A program made the translations under genes and the position numbers. Positions 25,554 to 41,058 of a stretch of DNA of 64,000 nt are shown piece by piece (position 1 is the first letter of the stretch; the number at the start of each line of letters is the position of its first letter). This stretch comes from Octopus sinensis (lineage: Eukaryota), in assembly GCF_006345805.1 (NCBI RefSeq), contig NC_043005.1:21390001-21454000 (forward strand), in the 5' to 3' direction. A model generated the notes under the pieces. That model was not told the origin of the DNA. It saw nothing but the letters and a program-made list of their open reading frames with translations, and did not search any database.

Positions 25554-28500
25554 GTGTGAAGGGGGTGGGGTGGGAAGATGCCTAGCTTGCAGAAGTTATT
25601 TACTACTGCTAAAGATCCCACTGGATATTTAAGAAGTTTTTATTCTATACATTCTTAATGTTTAATATATCTGCAAATCTACCATGCACAAAGACTATTT
25701 TCTCTGTTAACCATCTTGTGATACTGCTGTACTTCTTAGGTGTTCATAGCTTGCACTGGTTACATCATATGGAGTTTCTACCAACACCTTTTCTACATAT
25801 TGAGCAGAGCCATCTCCCTGAAGGGACAATAATTCTTTTGCTTTCCTACTTGCAAATATTTTGATCTTTGTCAAATTAACTCTAAGGCCATTTGATACAA
25901 GACCTTGCTTCCATACCTGAAATTTCTTCTATATTTCTGGAAGTGACTCAGTTATAAGAAGATTAGTGTAGAAGAACTTCCACAGACAGCCAGTCATAAA
26001 TTCCTCTGTTGTGACCTGGAGGAGTTATCATCATTGTCGTTTAACATCCATTTTCCATGCTGGCATGGGTTGGGTGGGAGTATGATAAACAATAGGGGGT
26101 TGAGAACTGAACTTTTGTGAACTCCTACCTGTACATTAAATTTGTTGCTATACTCATTGCCAATTTTTACCTTACTGACAGCATCCCTATACATAGCTTG
26201 TACATCTCTCACCAACTACTCATCTATCCCCAGCATTCACATTGACCACTAGATTAGGCAGTGGAGAACTCTGACAAAGGCTTTCTCCATGTCAACAAAA
26301 GCCAAGTACAGAGATTTATTTTTGGCTAAATGCTTCTCCTACAGTCACCATATTAGGAAGACTTCATCTCATCACATACATATATTTGTAAACGCATACA
26401 TACATACAAGCATATATATACATACAAGCCTATATATACATACATTCATTCATTTATTCACTCATTCATGTTTGTATGTATTTGTTATTCATTATCTCTG
26501 ACTTCTTACTTTCTTTCTGACCATTGGTATCAATTTCAGCTTACTCAAATGTCAATTGTGGACCTCCAAAAGATGTTGTTGGTGCATTAAAGTCCTACAA
26601 AACCACCACCTATAAATCTGAAGTGACCTATACTTGTCCAAAGGGAGATCAAATAAAGTCAACATGTGAAAAGCACAAGATATGGAGTCAAGTAACACCT
26701 ACTTGTAATGGTAATGTAAATTGTTTCTCTTCTGTTATCTCTGTCTAGGTTATTTTGCTTTATCTTTGTATTAAATATCTTTGTCAGAGGAAAACTAATT
26801 CCTTAACAATTTCCATGATGTTTGTGACTGGTGGGAAGATCTCCTCACATCAGAGACCTCCCCAAATTCTTACAAAATAGTGAACTCCATTAATAATACC
26901 CAAGGGTTAGGTAATGCTATTAAATCAAGTGATGGATTAGGTCTGCCAACCAAGAGCTGAAAGTGTAGAAACTTGCTCTCTCCAGCAGGCCTCCCCATAG
27001 TTTCCATCCACCAGAATTCATCCACAAGGTTTAGTTGTGAAGCTGATCTTTATTCACACAGACAAAACTCTACTCGATTCTGCATTGTTGTTAAGTGAAC
27101 TTATTACCTCCACAGCTATACCTAAACTCATCTTTGTCATTTTTCTCTTAATTTCTAACTTCACCTTTGTCACCCATACTTTGTGTCAACATCCAAAATT
27201 CTGTTCACTATAATGTCCCAATTCCTTCTTTACTAAACTGAAAAATCCTTTGAAACAGACTTTTGACACTCTTGTTCTCTTGCAGTACACCACCCTTAAT
27301 TATAACAACACTAATTATGATAAAAATTCCTGATTTGCACATAGCCAACAATTTTTGACTGGTACTTGAAGATATTAGCCCCTACAAGTATAAAAGGCAA
27401 AGTTGACCTCACTTGATTTGAATTGATAACCAAAAGAGTCTGAATACATACTGTAAAATATTTGTTCCAATTCTCTAATTAGTATATATGCATACGTTGA
27501 TAATAAAGATAAAGATGATAATGCAATCCCCATGAATGTTGATGGATCTCCATTTAAGACCAGCTGAAGAACCCTACCTTTGAAAATCATCCTGAACTCC
27601 TCACAATTATTGTACATTGACCTACAGGTTTAGGTACTGTTGTCCTCATGCACTCTTGCCATTTATTGCCTATTTTACCTTGCTTTCTATAATTTCCATT
27701 CTGGTCATTACCTTCTACACCATCCTCACTTTCTTTACAAGTGAAATTTTAAAAATGCAAATGTGAAATTTACCAAATTGGAAAGGCTCATCCATCATAC
27801 AATCTATTTTGCTATGGCAACCATAAAGAGGAAAATTGTTTTCTCTGCTTGATTAAAGAGGGTGTGGTGCAATCACCATAGGGGACTTGGCTGACAGCCA
27901 GATCACTCCCTCACACAACAGCAACTGTTTAACATAATTCCATAAATCAGCAATGCATGGACAATGAAAAAGTGCTTGCAAAAATGATTTGGTTTTACAA
28001 AATGCATTGTTGAACAGGCTTGCATTTCTATGGCTATAGATGTTATCTTGGACCAGTAGAGCCTTTTGATAAGGTTCTACTGGTCCATAGCATTCCCTGA
28101 CCAAATGTCCTCCAAAACGAACTTGTCAGTTCGTTTTTTATTGATACCCAGAACAACCTTTTAAAATATTTATTCCCTATCCCTCAACTAACCCTCAATA
28201 GTTTGTTAGAATGGAGCATCCACCAATCCCATTGCCCTGGTCAGGTTTGATCTTGAATAATATATGTTCTGAATTCCTTAACACTACATTAGATAACATG
28301 GTTTGAACTTTTTAAGAAGTTTGAGTATAACTGAGGGAGATTTTATTTTTTTCTAGCATTAGGTGTCCACATAGTGCCTTCTGCAGTGGCCAGTTAACAG
28401 CAAATTTTGTACTTAATATTGCAAACTACTAGCTCTGACACAGCTTATCCACTGGAATAATTTGTTACCTGGTTATACACAATCACCTTGCCAATCAGGT

Positions 28501-31500
28501 ATTCCTGACACATGGGCTGAACAACACTTTGTCTTGTGTTGTTATATTTATTACAATAACCAACATTCACATTAACCTATAGTTGCTCAGACTGGGCATG
28601 AACCACATTAATCTCAGAAGTGTAGGAGGGAGGGATAGAATTTCATGACATAGCTGCTTCTGACATGACTAATTTTTTTTCAAAAATATAAATACTACTT
28701 TATTGCAATCAATTATATATTCATTCTTTAAGCACATGGCTAAATATAATTAGAGAAAGCAATGAGATTGCGTGATATTCATGACTTTCTCAAGGGCAGT
28801 AACTGTTTAAGTAAAATAAACTGACTTAAAGTGAGAATCAAATCAGGATCATTGACTCACGACATTCATTCCATATTTATATTAAAAGAACAAGTCGGTG
28901 GGGGGTAGGGAAAATACTCAGGGTCACTTCCTGCATAAAATAAAAATAGTAAAGTAGCTACTTGTGAAATGAAGATATGTCTTGCTACATTGGAGGATGG
29001 TCATATTTTACCAATTAAAGATATGCACTATATATTTGGTCTTCACTTCAGCTTTATTGCTATCATTTTATTGTCAAAGTTCATTCATCATACATTCTGT
29101 GACCTCTTCAGTAACTCTCTCTTTTCCATATATCTCCTTTTGTTCAAACAAAAATTGAATAAGGCGTAGGAGTGGCTGTATGGTAAGTAGCTTGCTTACG
29201 AACCACATGGTTCCGGGTTCAGTCCTACAGCTTGGCACCTTGGGAAAGTGTCTTCTACTATAGCCTCAGGCTGACCAAAGCCTTGTGAGTGGATTTGGTA
29301 GGCAGAAACTGAAAGAAGCCCGTCATATATATGTGTATATATATATATATATATATTCTCAAACCACCACATTTAAAAAAGATAAAAAGTTTTTAAGAAT
29401 AATGTTAAGTTTATCAAAAAATTGATTGGAAAAAGGCAAGTATACAAATGGATAATGCAGTCTCTCAAAAAATGATTACTCACATTCAACTCAATTTCGC
29501 TGCCAGCACCCAACCCAATCTTTATTCAAGGAAAAAAGGTCAGAAAACGTAGTCAAAATAGCCCAAAAATCATATTTTTCCTGTCCTTTTTCTCCTAGCG
29601 CTCCCCTTGAAACTCCGACATTGAGAACCACTGGTCTAGTCAATCGTTTTATTGAAATCACACAAAAAAAAAACGCAACCTCCAGGCTCCATCAATCAAT
29701 TTAAAGCCCCTAAGTTTTGCCCTAGCAACCACAGCTTTGAATTTGGAGATTTTTAACCCTGCCGTCTCACCCCCATAACACTTTACAAATGTCATGTTCA
29801 AGTCAGATTGCTGTGTTGGTAAATTGGCTGAGTTTTTACCTTTGAGTCCAAATGCATTTGAAGTAGTTGATCCTGTGCAATTTAATCCCAACCTTTTGAA
29901 AACATTCATCAGTTTTTATCAATTCTGAGTTTTCATAACTGAAAATCTTATTAAGCATTAATGAAAATGTGGTCATTTGTGCATAAACAGCACACTGCAG
30001 CTTCTTTATTGTAAGAAATGTTATGAAAATTAAACAGAAGCATCAGTTTATCTTCTTATGCTTTTATGAAAGTGGAAGCACCGAATCCATCCTCTTTATT
30101 TTTCTTTCTAATAACATTTAGATCTTTTCATTTCTTCTGTATCAGTGTTAAAAGAATTAAAGTGATAGATCTAGTGTAAAGTCAACTGACAATGTAACAG
30201 CTGCTAATTAGTAATTGCTTGCTTGAGCTGACTTACATAAGCTGTGAAAAAAAACCGATAAGCCTTCTCAGTGAAATGCGAAAACATCACGCCTATCGTC
30301 TCATGCCACTAAAGCGAGAAAATAAAATGAAAAATAACTGTAAACTTGATTATTTTTGTACTTAGCAGAATTTTTGAATGAATCAAAATCCAAAAAATAT
30401 TTCTAATCAAATCCTATAGGGTGGTATAATTTTTATGCAGAACAAATTAAAGATGCAAGCAGCAAAAGATCAAATAGTAAAACGACTAAAAATGTAACTT
30501 TTTTCACTTTAGAAAATCTTTTCTTTTAAACAAAAATTTCCACAAAAAATTGACGAACTATTAAACAGAAGAGCCTGTAAATTATGCAAGTGTGCTTTTT
30601 ATTAAAATTTCCCACAAAACATGGCCTCCACAGCTTGCAGAATTGATTGAAAATGGGTTTTGTTTACCTAGTAACTACAGCTTTTGAGATGGAGATTTCT
30701 AACCTAGTCCAGTCACTTCTTTGCCTCATTTTACATGTCCCTGTAAATTTTCGCCGCAATCTGAGCATGCTTACTGCCATTGAATCCTGCATAACCACTA
30801 AATGAGACACACAAACATACACCTTTTGGACATTTCACTTTTATATATAGAGATTATTCTTGTTGTTAAGGATTGTCAAGATCATCCAAGTATCAGATAA
30901 AATGTATTGTGGTATTTGTTTTGGCTCTTTAGCTTCTGAGTTTGAATCTGGTTGATGCAAACATTACTCTTCCTGAGCCAATAAAATAAACTACCAGTCA
31001 AGTTTACTGGCCAATTTAAATGAGCAACTCTGACCTAAAAATTTGGCTTACTGTCTATACTAGGAATTATAAATATTGTTATTTTTGTTGTTATTTTTCA
31101 TTAACACTAAATTTTATTTTAACTCTAGATCCTCAGATCAATTTTGCAAAAGTAAAAGGTGCAATTATGGATGTACCTGGGAAAATATTGTGGCAAAATA
31201 AAAATGTAACAGTAGAAACCTGTGCAGAAAAATGTTTGTCAAACAAAAAATGTTTATCATTTGAAATAAATAAAGAAAAAGGAAAATGTTTCTTATCACA
31301 GCAAGCTGCAAGTTCCTCCAAGAAAATAAGGGCCACCACAAGCAGAGATTATTATCAACGAGTAAAATGTAATTATTCTTTGTGTTTTATCATTGGAATT
31401 CTCTTTTTATTTTTACCTGAAATTTGTGATTCCATTTCTACTTCATAGTATGTAGACAACCAAGTCTGTAAAGACGTTGACAGGTTTACCTATAATGATA

Positions 31501-34500
31501 GACCAAGACATGGTTCTGAAAATAAGCAACATTAAGAACTGTAAACACTGTTAGGGTATTCTCATACAGTATTTGTTCACCTTAAACACTTTTATGCACA
31601 CTTTCACTTGTATTTTTATGCAAGAAGGAAACTCGTCTTATTTTCTTTAAACATGAGTTATAGAAGTAGTGATGGTAGTGGTGGTGATAGTATTAGAAAT
31701 AGCAGCAACAGATTTTCTTCAATTATCATATTTTCCTGACTTTGTGCTGTTATAGCACAGTGTCTCAGCATTAGAAACTGAGGTAATGCCAATCTATGTA
31801 GTTGTGTATTTCCTATATTTTATCATGGTTAATATAGTAAGATCCCCATCTTATCACCAACCATTATATATTACAACTAAGTACATTTTCCCATGCTATT
31901 AGAATTAGAGAAGGTTCTTACTGGCACAAAAGAATCTTTTCTGCTTAAAATAAGTTTCTCATCAGATTAGTTCCATGGCATTGAGAACTAAACTCAGTGT
32001 GATCTGAAGGATTTTGTTTTTTCCTGTTAAAATTCTTCTTTCATGAAACCCTGGACATAAGGGAAATTCACTGCAATTAGTGATCTTGGTATTCAAAAAC
32101 CTATGGATGCTACAGTGTCATTGCTACCATGAAGAATCTTTCTGATTCCAAATGAGCCATTTCCCTGTGTAAGTGTGTGAGTGTATATATCATCATCATT
32201 GTTTAACGTCCGCTTTCCATGATAGCATGGGTTGGACAATTTGACTGAGGACTGGTGAACCAAATGGCTACACCAGGCTTCAATCTGATCTGGCAGAGTT
32301 TCTACAGCTGGATGCCCTTCCAAACGCTTACCACACTGAGATTGTAGTGGGTGATTTTACATGCCACTGGCATGAGGGCCAGTCAGGCAGTACTGGCAAC
32401 GGGCACTCTCAAGTGGTGTTTTTTACATGCCATCTGCACAGGAGCCAGTCCAGTGGCACTAGCAACAACCTCGCTTGAATGTTTTTCATGTGACACTGGC
32501 ACAAGTGCTGGTAATGCGACGCTGGTAATGATCATGTTTCAATGGTGCTTTTTACATACCACCAGCATGGAAGCCAGTCAGCTACTCTGGCAGCTATCAC
32601 TCTCAGATGGTGCCAGTCATCGAATTTGCAAATTTGATTTGATTTCCATTTCACTTGCCTCAACAGGTCTTCGCAAGCAGAGTTCAGTGTCCAATGAAGG
32701 AAAGGTATGCATAAGTGGGCTGGTTACCTCCCTGGCATAGGCCACTGGTTATGGTCTCACTTGGCTTGCCGGATCTTCTCACGCACTGCATATTTCCAAA
32801 GGTCTTAGTCACTAGTCATTGCCTCAGTGAGGTCTAATGTTCAAAGGCTGTGCTTCACCACCTCATCCCAGGTCTTCTTGGGTCTACCTCTTCCACAGGT
32901 TCCCTCAACTGTTAGGGTGTGGCACTTTTTCACACAGCTATCCTCATCCATTCTCGCCACATGACCATACCAGTGCAATCATCTCTCTTGCACACCACAT
33001 CTGATGCTTCTTAAGTCCAACTTTTCTCTCAAGGTACTTACACTCTGTCGAGTATGCACACTGATATTACACACCCATCGGATCATACTGGTTTCATTCC
33101 TTGTGAGCTTACACATGTCCTCAGCAGTCACAGCCCATGGCTGTTTGTACACATGTGTCATACAGTCTACCTTTTACTCTGAGCGAGAGGCCCTTTGTTA
33201 CCAGCAGAAGTAAGAGCTCTCTGAACTTTGTCCAGGCTATTCTTATTCTAGCAGCTACACTTTCAGAGTACCCTCCCCAGCTACTGACTTGGTCACCTAG
33301 GTAACAGAAGTTATCAACTACTTCTAGTTTTTCTCCCTGGAATGTGACAGGAGTTGTTCTTTGCATATTTTTATTGTTTATTCCACCTGAGCATCTGCCA
33401 CATACAAAACTATCTTCCCAGTTAGCCTTCCTTTGATATTGCATGTTCATAGCTTATACTGGGTACATCTTTTCTACAGATCGAGCAGGGCTATCTACCT
33501 GAAGGGATTTGTGGTTTGTCTGCCTTCCTACTTACCCTCTTATTAATTCTTATTACAAAATCACACTCACACAGAAACAATGCAATCACACACACATACA
33601 TATACATACACGCACAAACACAATATCCCCACACTAGAGCACAAACCCACACACATTCCAAGAAAAAACACATACATGTATACACTTGCAATATGCTTCT
33701 TGCAGCCATAACCAACACTCACACACATACACACATATGTAAACATGTACATGCACACACCTACACACACCACCCTGACAATTACAAATCACATTCACAC
33801 AAGCACACCCACACATACACAGATGCACACACAAACACGCAACTACAACACAACCCACACAAACACACACACATATATACACACATGTACACACACACAC
33901 AAACACTCAAACAAAAAAACACAGGCACACACACAAAAGAAAAAACACACACATATACACACAATACAATCCCAACAACCACAACAAACACTCACAAACA
34001 TACATACACACAATGACACACCCACATGTATACACACACACTACACTAACAATACAAACAAAACAAATCACTCACAAATGCAGCACACACACACACACAC
34101 AGAAACTACATAAACCATACTCATATATATACACACACAAACGCATACTCAGTACCAACATACACAAAACGCACATGCACACACATACATACCACCCAGA
34201 TAAACCCAACACACATGGACACACAAACCCTTGATAAATACAACACACTTACATATACACACCCACACATACCCCCCACACACACATACATATGCTCCAT
34301 CACACACACATAGGGCTGCTCTCACACACACACACACACCACAAGGACAATTAAAACACAAACATACTCAGACAGACACAACACACACACATACACACTC
34401 ACGTACACACACATAACATCCCCACTAACACAAAACAAACATTTGTGCACACACATACACACGTGAACAAACATATATACACACACATGCGCACACACAA

Positions 34501-35388
34501 CACCCTGACAAATACCAATCACACACATACACACACACACAACACTAGGACAATTATAGCACACACTCATGTACACACATATAACATCCCCACCAACACA
34601 AGAAACACACAAGCATACACACGCACCCACAGACACACACATACACACGCGAAAAAGACAGGCACACACGCCTTTCATCCTTTCAGGGTCAATAAATTAA
34701 GTATCAGTGAAAGACCGAGGTTGATGTAATTGACTAGCCTCCTCCCCAAAAACTGTTGGCTGTGTGCCAAAATTTGAAACCATTATTATTATTAATTTAT
34801 TAATTTGTAGATAACTATGTAGAAATCCCAGTAATTGAAATTTTGAATAAAATATTTGTAAACCATTTTGGTCATTGTTTTACAACTGGACAATATATTA
34901 TAGAAAAACCAATCCATCCAGAAAATGATTTTTCACATAAAGACACACCTCTAGGATTAATATGAATCCTAGTGCATCAGGACACATAAACAAAATCTCA
35001 CCTGAAAGTTTCAGTTCTAGGTAATCTATTTGCACAACACTCTTCTAATGCTTTGCTTCTATCTAACACTAAATGACTATAAAAATACTTGACATGTTCA
35101 TTTACCACCTGTTTAAGGGCATAACAAGCTGATAAAAGCACACCATTAGAGATGTACAAATGAACTGTCTGCAGCCTAAATATTGAGATAAGCTTTCAAA
35201 AACTTAGTAAAATGTTCTAGGCGGAGGAATGGCTGTGTGGTAAGTAGCTTGCTTACCAACCACATGATTCCAGGTTCAGTCCCACTGCATGACTCCTTGG
35301 GCAAGTGTTTTCTACAATAGTCTCAGGCCAACCAAAGCCTTGTGAGTGGATTTGGTAGACAGAAACTGAAAGAAGCCCGTCATATATA

Positions 35389-35419
<31 letters not shown>

Positions 35420-38045
35420 ATGTATGTATGTATGTATGTGTGTATGTGTGTGTGTCTAAACTCACAGAGTGGTTGGCGTTAGGAAGGGCATCCAGCTGTA
35501 GAAACATTGCCAGATCAGACTGGGCCTGGTGCAGCCTTCTGGCTTCCCAGACCCCAGTTGAACTGTCCAACCCATGCTAGCATGGAAAGCGGACGCTAAA
35601 TGATGATGATGATGTGTGTGTGTATACGTTTGTGTGTCTGTGTTTGTCCCACCAACATCGCTTGACAACCAGTGCTGGTGTGTTACATCCCCGTAACTTA
35701 GCAGTTCGGCAAAATATACCAATAGAATAAGTACTAGGCTTACAAAGAATAAGTCCTGGAGTTGATTTGCTCGACAAAAGGCAATGCTCCAACATGGTCA
35801 CAGTCAAATGACTGAAACAAGTAAAAGAGTAACTCTGATGAATTCTGAGTAAGGTATCATTTTGTAGATCAATTATTTGTGTATAATAAATTATCAAATT
35901 GAAAAATCATGCACCACATGCTTATCAATATGTAATATATGTAATGTGTTTGTGATTGGGTCAGTGGATGACTATAAGATATATTTTTTGTGTTTTTTTA
36001 CTTCCTTTCCAGTCGATGACAAGCCTCTTGTGATGAAACATGTTAACGTACGAAAGAAGGCTACCTTAGGACAGATTAAGAGGGTGAACTTAATACAGTG
36101 TGGTAAAGCTTGCGATGAATTTCCAGGATGTAATTCTTATCAGTACAATGCTAAAGATAAGATATGTGATCTGAGTAATGTGACACATTTGACTGATGAA
36201 TTTAAACCCAACGATGGAAAGTGGGATATATATGTGATTAACCCAGGTTAGTAGAATGTATCCATCTTATTTATTGGGTGTATGTCTGTGTCCTTAGTGG
36301 TCATCATCAAAGAAATATGTGTGTCTCACAGAGGGAAATTTTAAAGCTAGGTTCAATAATCACACCTTAAGCTTCAGACACTGGGATAAAAGAAAAATTG
36401 ACCAAATTATCCAATTATATATGGTCCTTAACCCTTTCGTTACCAACCCAGCTGAAACCGGCTCTGGCTCTGATTACAAATGTCTTGTTTTCATAAGTTC
36501 TGAATTAAAATTTTCTGCCAAACCTTGGTCACAATTTATGTTCCTAACACTAGCTTAATGATAACGAAAATATTTTACTAAATTCTTTGTTATATTTAAA
36601 ACTAATTGAAAGAAACACAGCATCTCAAAATAAATACAGTAATGAAAGGGTTAAAAGAGCAAGGTGTCAGCTATAAGATTCACTGGAAGATCTTGGCCAA
36701 GTGTAAACCTTACATCAATGGCAGTGGAAAGTGCAGTCTTTGCGATATGGAAAGATGGCTCATCTGGAAAAGTTCTTTAGACCCTGCTAAATTCAAGAAC
36801 TGAACTTTTTGGATCATGTCCGCATATGATAAAATACTTGTTACATTTTTGGGCCCTGCAAGATCACAGATAGAACCTACTTTTTATATTATGTCCATGT
36901 ACAAACTTTTCATGTGTCTTAACATTTCTTATATATTTTTATATATATTTTTATTGCATAATATATATTTTCTATATATCATTTTTTCCCCCTTTTTCAA
37001 TTGTGCAACTATATATGCATGTAGTATTTGCAGGTATAAGCATATATCAAATGCGTGTATATGTGTATGAATGTATGTATATATACAAGTGTAAGACTGT
37101 ATCCATTGCTTAAGAGTGACTGTCATGCACATGTGTCCTTCCTTCATACGTATATGTATGTATATATGCTTGTATATCTGCAGGTGTGTTGCTAGACAGG
37201 AGGATTTATATGTATATATATGCACTCCTATACATATATAATTTACATTATATTCATGTTTGCAGTGAATGTGAATATGTACATGTTTTATGTTTGCGTA
37301 TGTGTTTTCATTTGTATATATGTCTATGTATAAATGTAGGCATATATCTATGCGAGGATGATGTTGACAATATATATATATATATATATATATACGTACG
37401 TATGTGTATATAGTTGCACATGTGTAGCTTTATATATCTGCGTGTGTATATATGTATATTCATACTTGAGGCATGTATGAATAAATGCCTGCTATGAGTG
37501 TGCATACATGAATATTGTTTACAGTTTTATATGAGTATTTTTATTTATATAAATTCTAAGATTAGTGGAAGCATTTTTCTATGTGAAGATGAAGTTATAT
37601 ATACATATATACGTATGTGTGTATGTATATTCAAATTTATATGTTTTTTATACATATATATGCATATGCCTGTATATACGTATGTGTGTGCATGTAGAGA
37701 TGTGTATATGAGCATAATAATGCATGCATGGGCACATATACGTGTGTATGTATGTGTATGCATGTATGTATGCGTATATGTGTGTATGTATATATGTATA
37801 TAAATAATATATATGTACGTACATAGATTTTATGAACAAAGATTTTTATCTTTATGTGGTTGTATTTTCATAACACCTTATATCTTTTACCTGTATTTAT
37901 TTTCCCACTCCTATTAGAATAACTTCACTTTATTCAACGTTTTTTTTTTCATAGCATTTGTCTTAATAACTGATGAGGACATCTAGAAGCTTTTAGCCTC
38001 GGTATCTGAAATTCTGAGTATTATTATGACAACTAACTGATTGTC

Positions 38046-38122
<77 letters not shown>

Positions 38123-40997
38123 TAATCAATATCTTTTATTCTAAATTGTCATTATCTACACATTTTCTCCTTTCTTCTAACATATACTTGCAATTGAAAT
38201 CAATTTTTTTTTATCAATTAAAGTTGTCTCAAAAATTGACTGTGGACCACCAAAAGACGTTGTTGGTGCATTTAAATACTATAGTTCTACTACCTACAAA
38301 TCTGAAGTAACCTACTTTTGTCGAGATGGAGAAAAATTAAAGGCAGCATGTAAAGAGGACAATAAATGGACTCCAGAAGTCTCTTGTAAAAGTAATGTAT
38401 ATAGGTTTTCTCTTTTTGACTTTATATTGGTAATTTTGTTTTAGCTTTGTATTAAGTGTCTATGTCAGAGAAAGTCTGATTGTGTCCAGGAAAATTTCAA
38501 ATGTATCTATGGCTGGTAGGAGGGTGAGAGTTAGTTATCCTCAGACTAGGGACCTTCCTAAATGCTTGCTACACAGTTAACTTCATCAAAGATATTGAAG
38601 AGCCAGGTCACGGTATTCAGTTGTTTGATAGATTAAGTCTTCCATTCAACAATAGGAAATATAGAATTATGTTTGTCTATCAGGCTTTCATATAGTTTCC
38701 ATTCTCCAAATTTTATCCCACTAGGGAATACCTCTACAGCTGTACATCAGCTCATCTTTATAGTTTTCCTCTTAATTTCTAGCTTGATCTCTCTCATATA
38801 TACTTTGTGCCATCATCCAAAACTTTGTATGATACATTGCACTGAAGTTCACAATAATATGAAAGACTCCTGAAGCACTAGTGACATTCCAGTTCACCAG
38901 CTAGGTATGAACCACACAAACCTCATAAGTGCAGGGGAGTGGGTGGCATGAGAATTTCATGGTATAGCTTTCTGTAGTGAATAGATTATAAGAAAATATA
39001 ATATCACCTCATTGTAATCAATTATATATTCATTGTTTAGGTACATGGACAAGCATAATTAGAGAAGGCAATGAGATTGTGTGATATTCCTAACTTTCTC
39101 AAGAGCACTAACTGTCTATGTAAAATGAACTGAATTAAACTGAGAATCAAACTTAAATCATTGACTCACATCACCCTGTAAACATTTGTACTAAAAGATG
39201 AACCAGGAGAATATATTCAGGAATACTTCCTGCATCAAAAACAAATAGTAAAGTGACTACATATTGAGCTAAGTTATGAGCAATTAAGATTACACCCACA
39301 ATGGCTGATAAATCATTACGTTAATTACTTATTCTAGTCATCAAATTCAAAAAGGACCTCATAGATATAATCAGTATTTTTTTCATTGCAGTAAAAGTAT
39401 GATTTTTATGAAATTACGCTTCTTAGATTGTTACATTAATCTGTAACTGTCCATACTTTATACTTATTCACTAGATGATGATGTAAGTGAGATTATTTTA
39501 GTTTTCCAAAGAAAAACATTGCAAAATCAGGGCATTGGACAGTGTGTTGTGGCATTTGGTTAGGCACTTTAACGCCTGTGTTCAAATCCAGCAGATATCA
39601 ACTTTACCATTCCAGAACCACTAAAATAAAATACCAGTGAAATGTATAGGCCAATTTAATTGGCCAATTCTGACCTAAAATTTTGGGTCTTTCTTTCTAT
39701 GTTAGAAACTATTATCAATGTTGTTGTTGCTTCCTTTTATCTCAATTTTCTTTTAAATCCAGTTGCTAAGAACTATTTTGTGAAAGTAAAAGGTGCAGCT
39801 CTGGCTGTATCTGGGAAAACATTATGGGATAAGCAAAATGTAACAGCAGAAGCATGTGCAGAAAAATGTTTGTCTGACAAAAACTGTTTATCATTTGAAA
39901 TAAAGAAAGAAATGGGAAAGTGTTTCTTATCAAAGCAAACTGCAGCTTCCTCCAAGAAAATAAAGAAAGCCAAAAACAGAAATTACTATCAACGAATAAA
40001 ACGTAATTATTCTTTGTCTTTTATAATTGAAATTCTCTTTTCCTTTCCTTGTTTTCTAAAATTTGTGATTCCATTTGTAAGTCATTGTATACAAACAACC
40101 ATTTCTGTTGACACACAAAAAAGAAACAGTTGTAAACATGCATAAAAGTGTTTAATATGGACAAAGCCAACAAGCTGGCAGAAATGTTAGCATGCCAGGT
40201 GAAATGATTAGCGGTATTTCATCTGTCTTTTCATTCTGAGATCAGATTCTGCCGAGGTTAACTTTGCCTTTCATTCTTGCGGGGTTGTTAAATTAAGTAC
40301 CAGTTGCATACTGGGGGTTGATCTAATCGACTGGCCCCCTCCCCCAAAATTTCAGGCCTTCTGCCTTGAGTAGAAAAGATTTTCATTAAATCTAAATAGT
40401 AAAAGTAATAGGAACAGCAATGCTTCAAATTTTGACAGAAAGCTTGCAGTTTTGAGGAAGCAGTAATAGGTCATACCACTGGCCCCAGTTCTTGACTGGT
40501 ATTATATTGTATCCATACCAGAGGGATGGAAGGCAGTTAGCGTGGCTTTTGCAGAGTATCTCACCATTTGTTGCTCTTCTCCTCAATTTGACACACACAA
40601 TAATAGAAAAAAGTAATGCCAATCTAATAAGTTGTGTATCTCCTATATTTTACCTTCATTAATATGGTTGGATGCCCTTTCTATCACCAACCATTGTACC
40701 CACATGAAGAGTACAATATTTCCCTTGCTACAGGAATTAGAGAAGTTTTCTGCTGGGACCGAAGACTTCTCATAGCATAAAAGAAGATTAGCTCCATAGT
40801 ATTAAGATGAAAACACACAACAAATTCAGTCACATTGATTTCAGGCATTTCATCTTTCCTATCAAAACTCTTCCTTCTTGATATGCTGTGTTCTGAATTC
40901 AATAGATTTAATGATCTGTGTTAGAATACTCATGAATCCCAGGATGTCATTTCTCTCATGATGAATCTTTCTGGGTCAAAAAGAAAAGTTAACTATT

Positions 40998-41058
<61 letters not shown>

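Noticed and set aside
29163-29240. tRNA-like A/B boxes
   Set aside because: Head of a multicopy SINE; no cloverleaf, so not called a tRNA gene.
33516-34729. Many 60-166 aa ORFs rich in H/T or V/C
   Set aside because: Translation artefacts of CA/TG low-complexity DNA; the same applies to ORFs at 36.9-37.8 kb and 49.3-49.7 kb.
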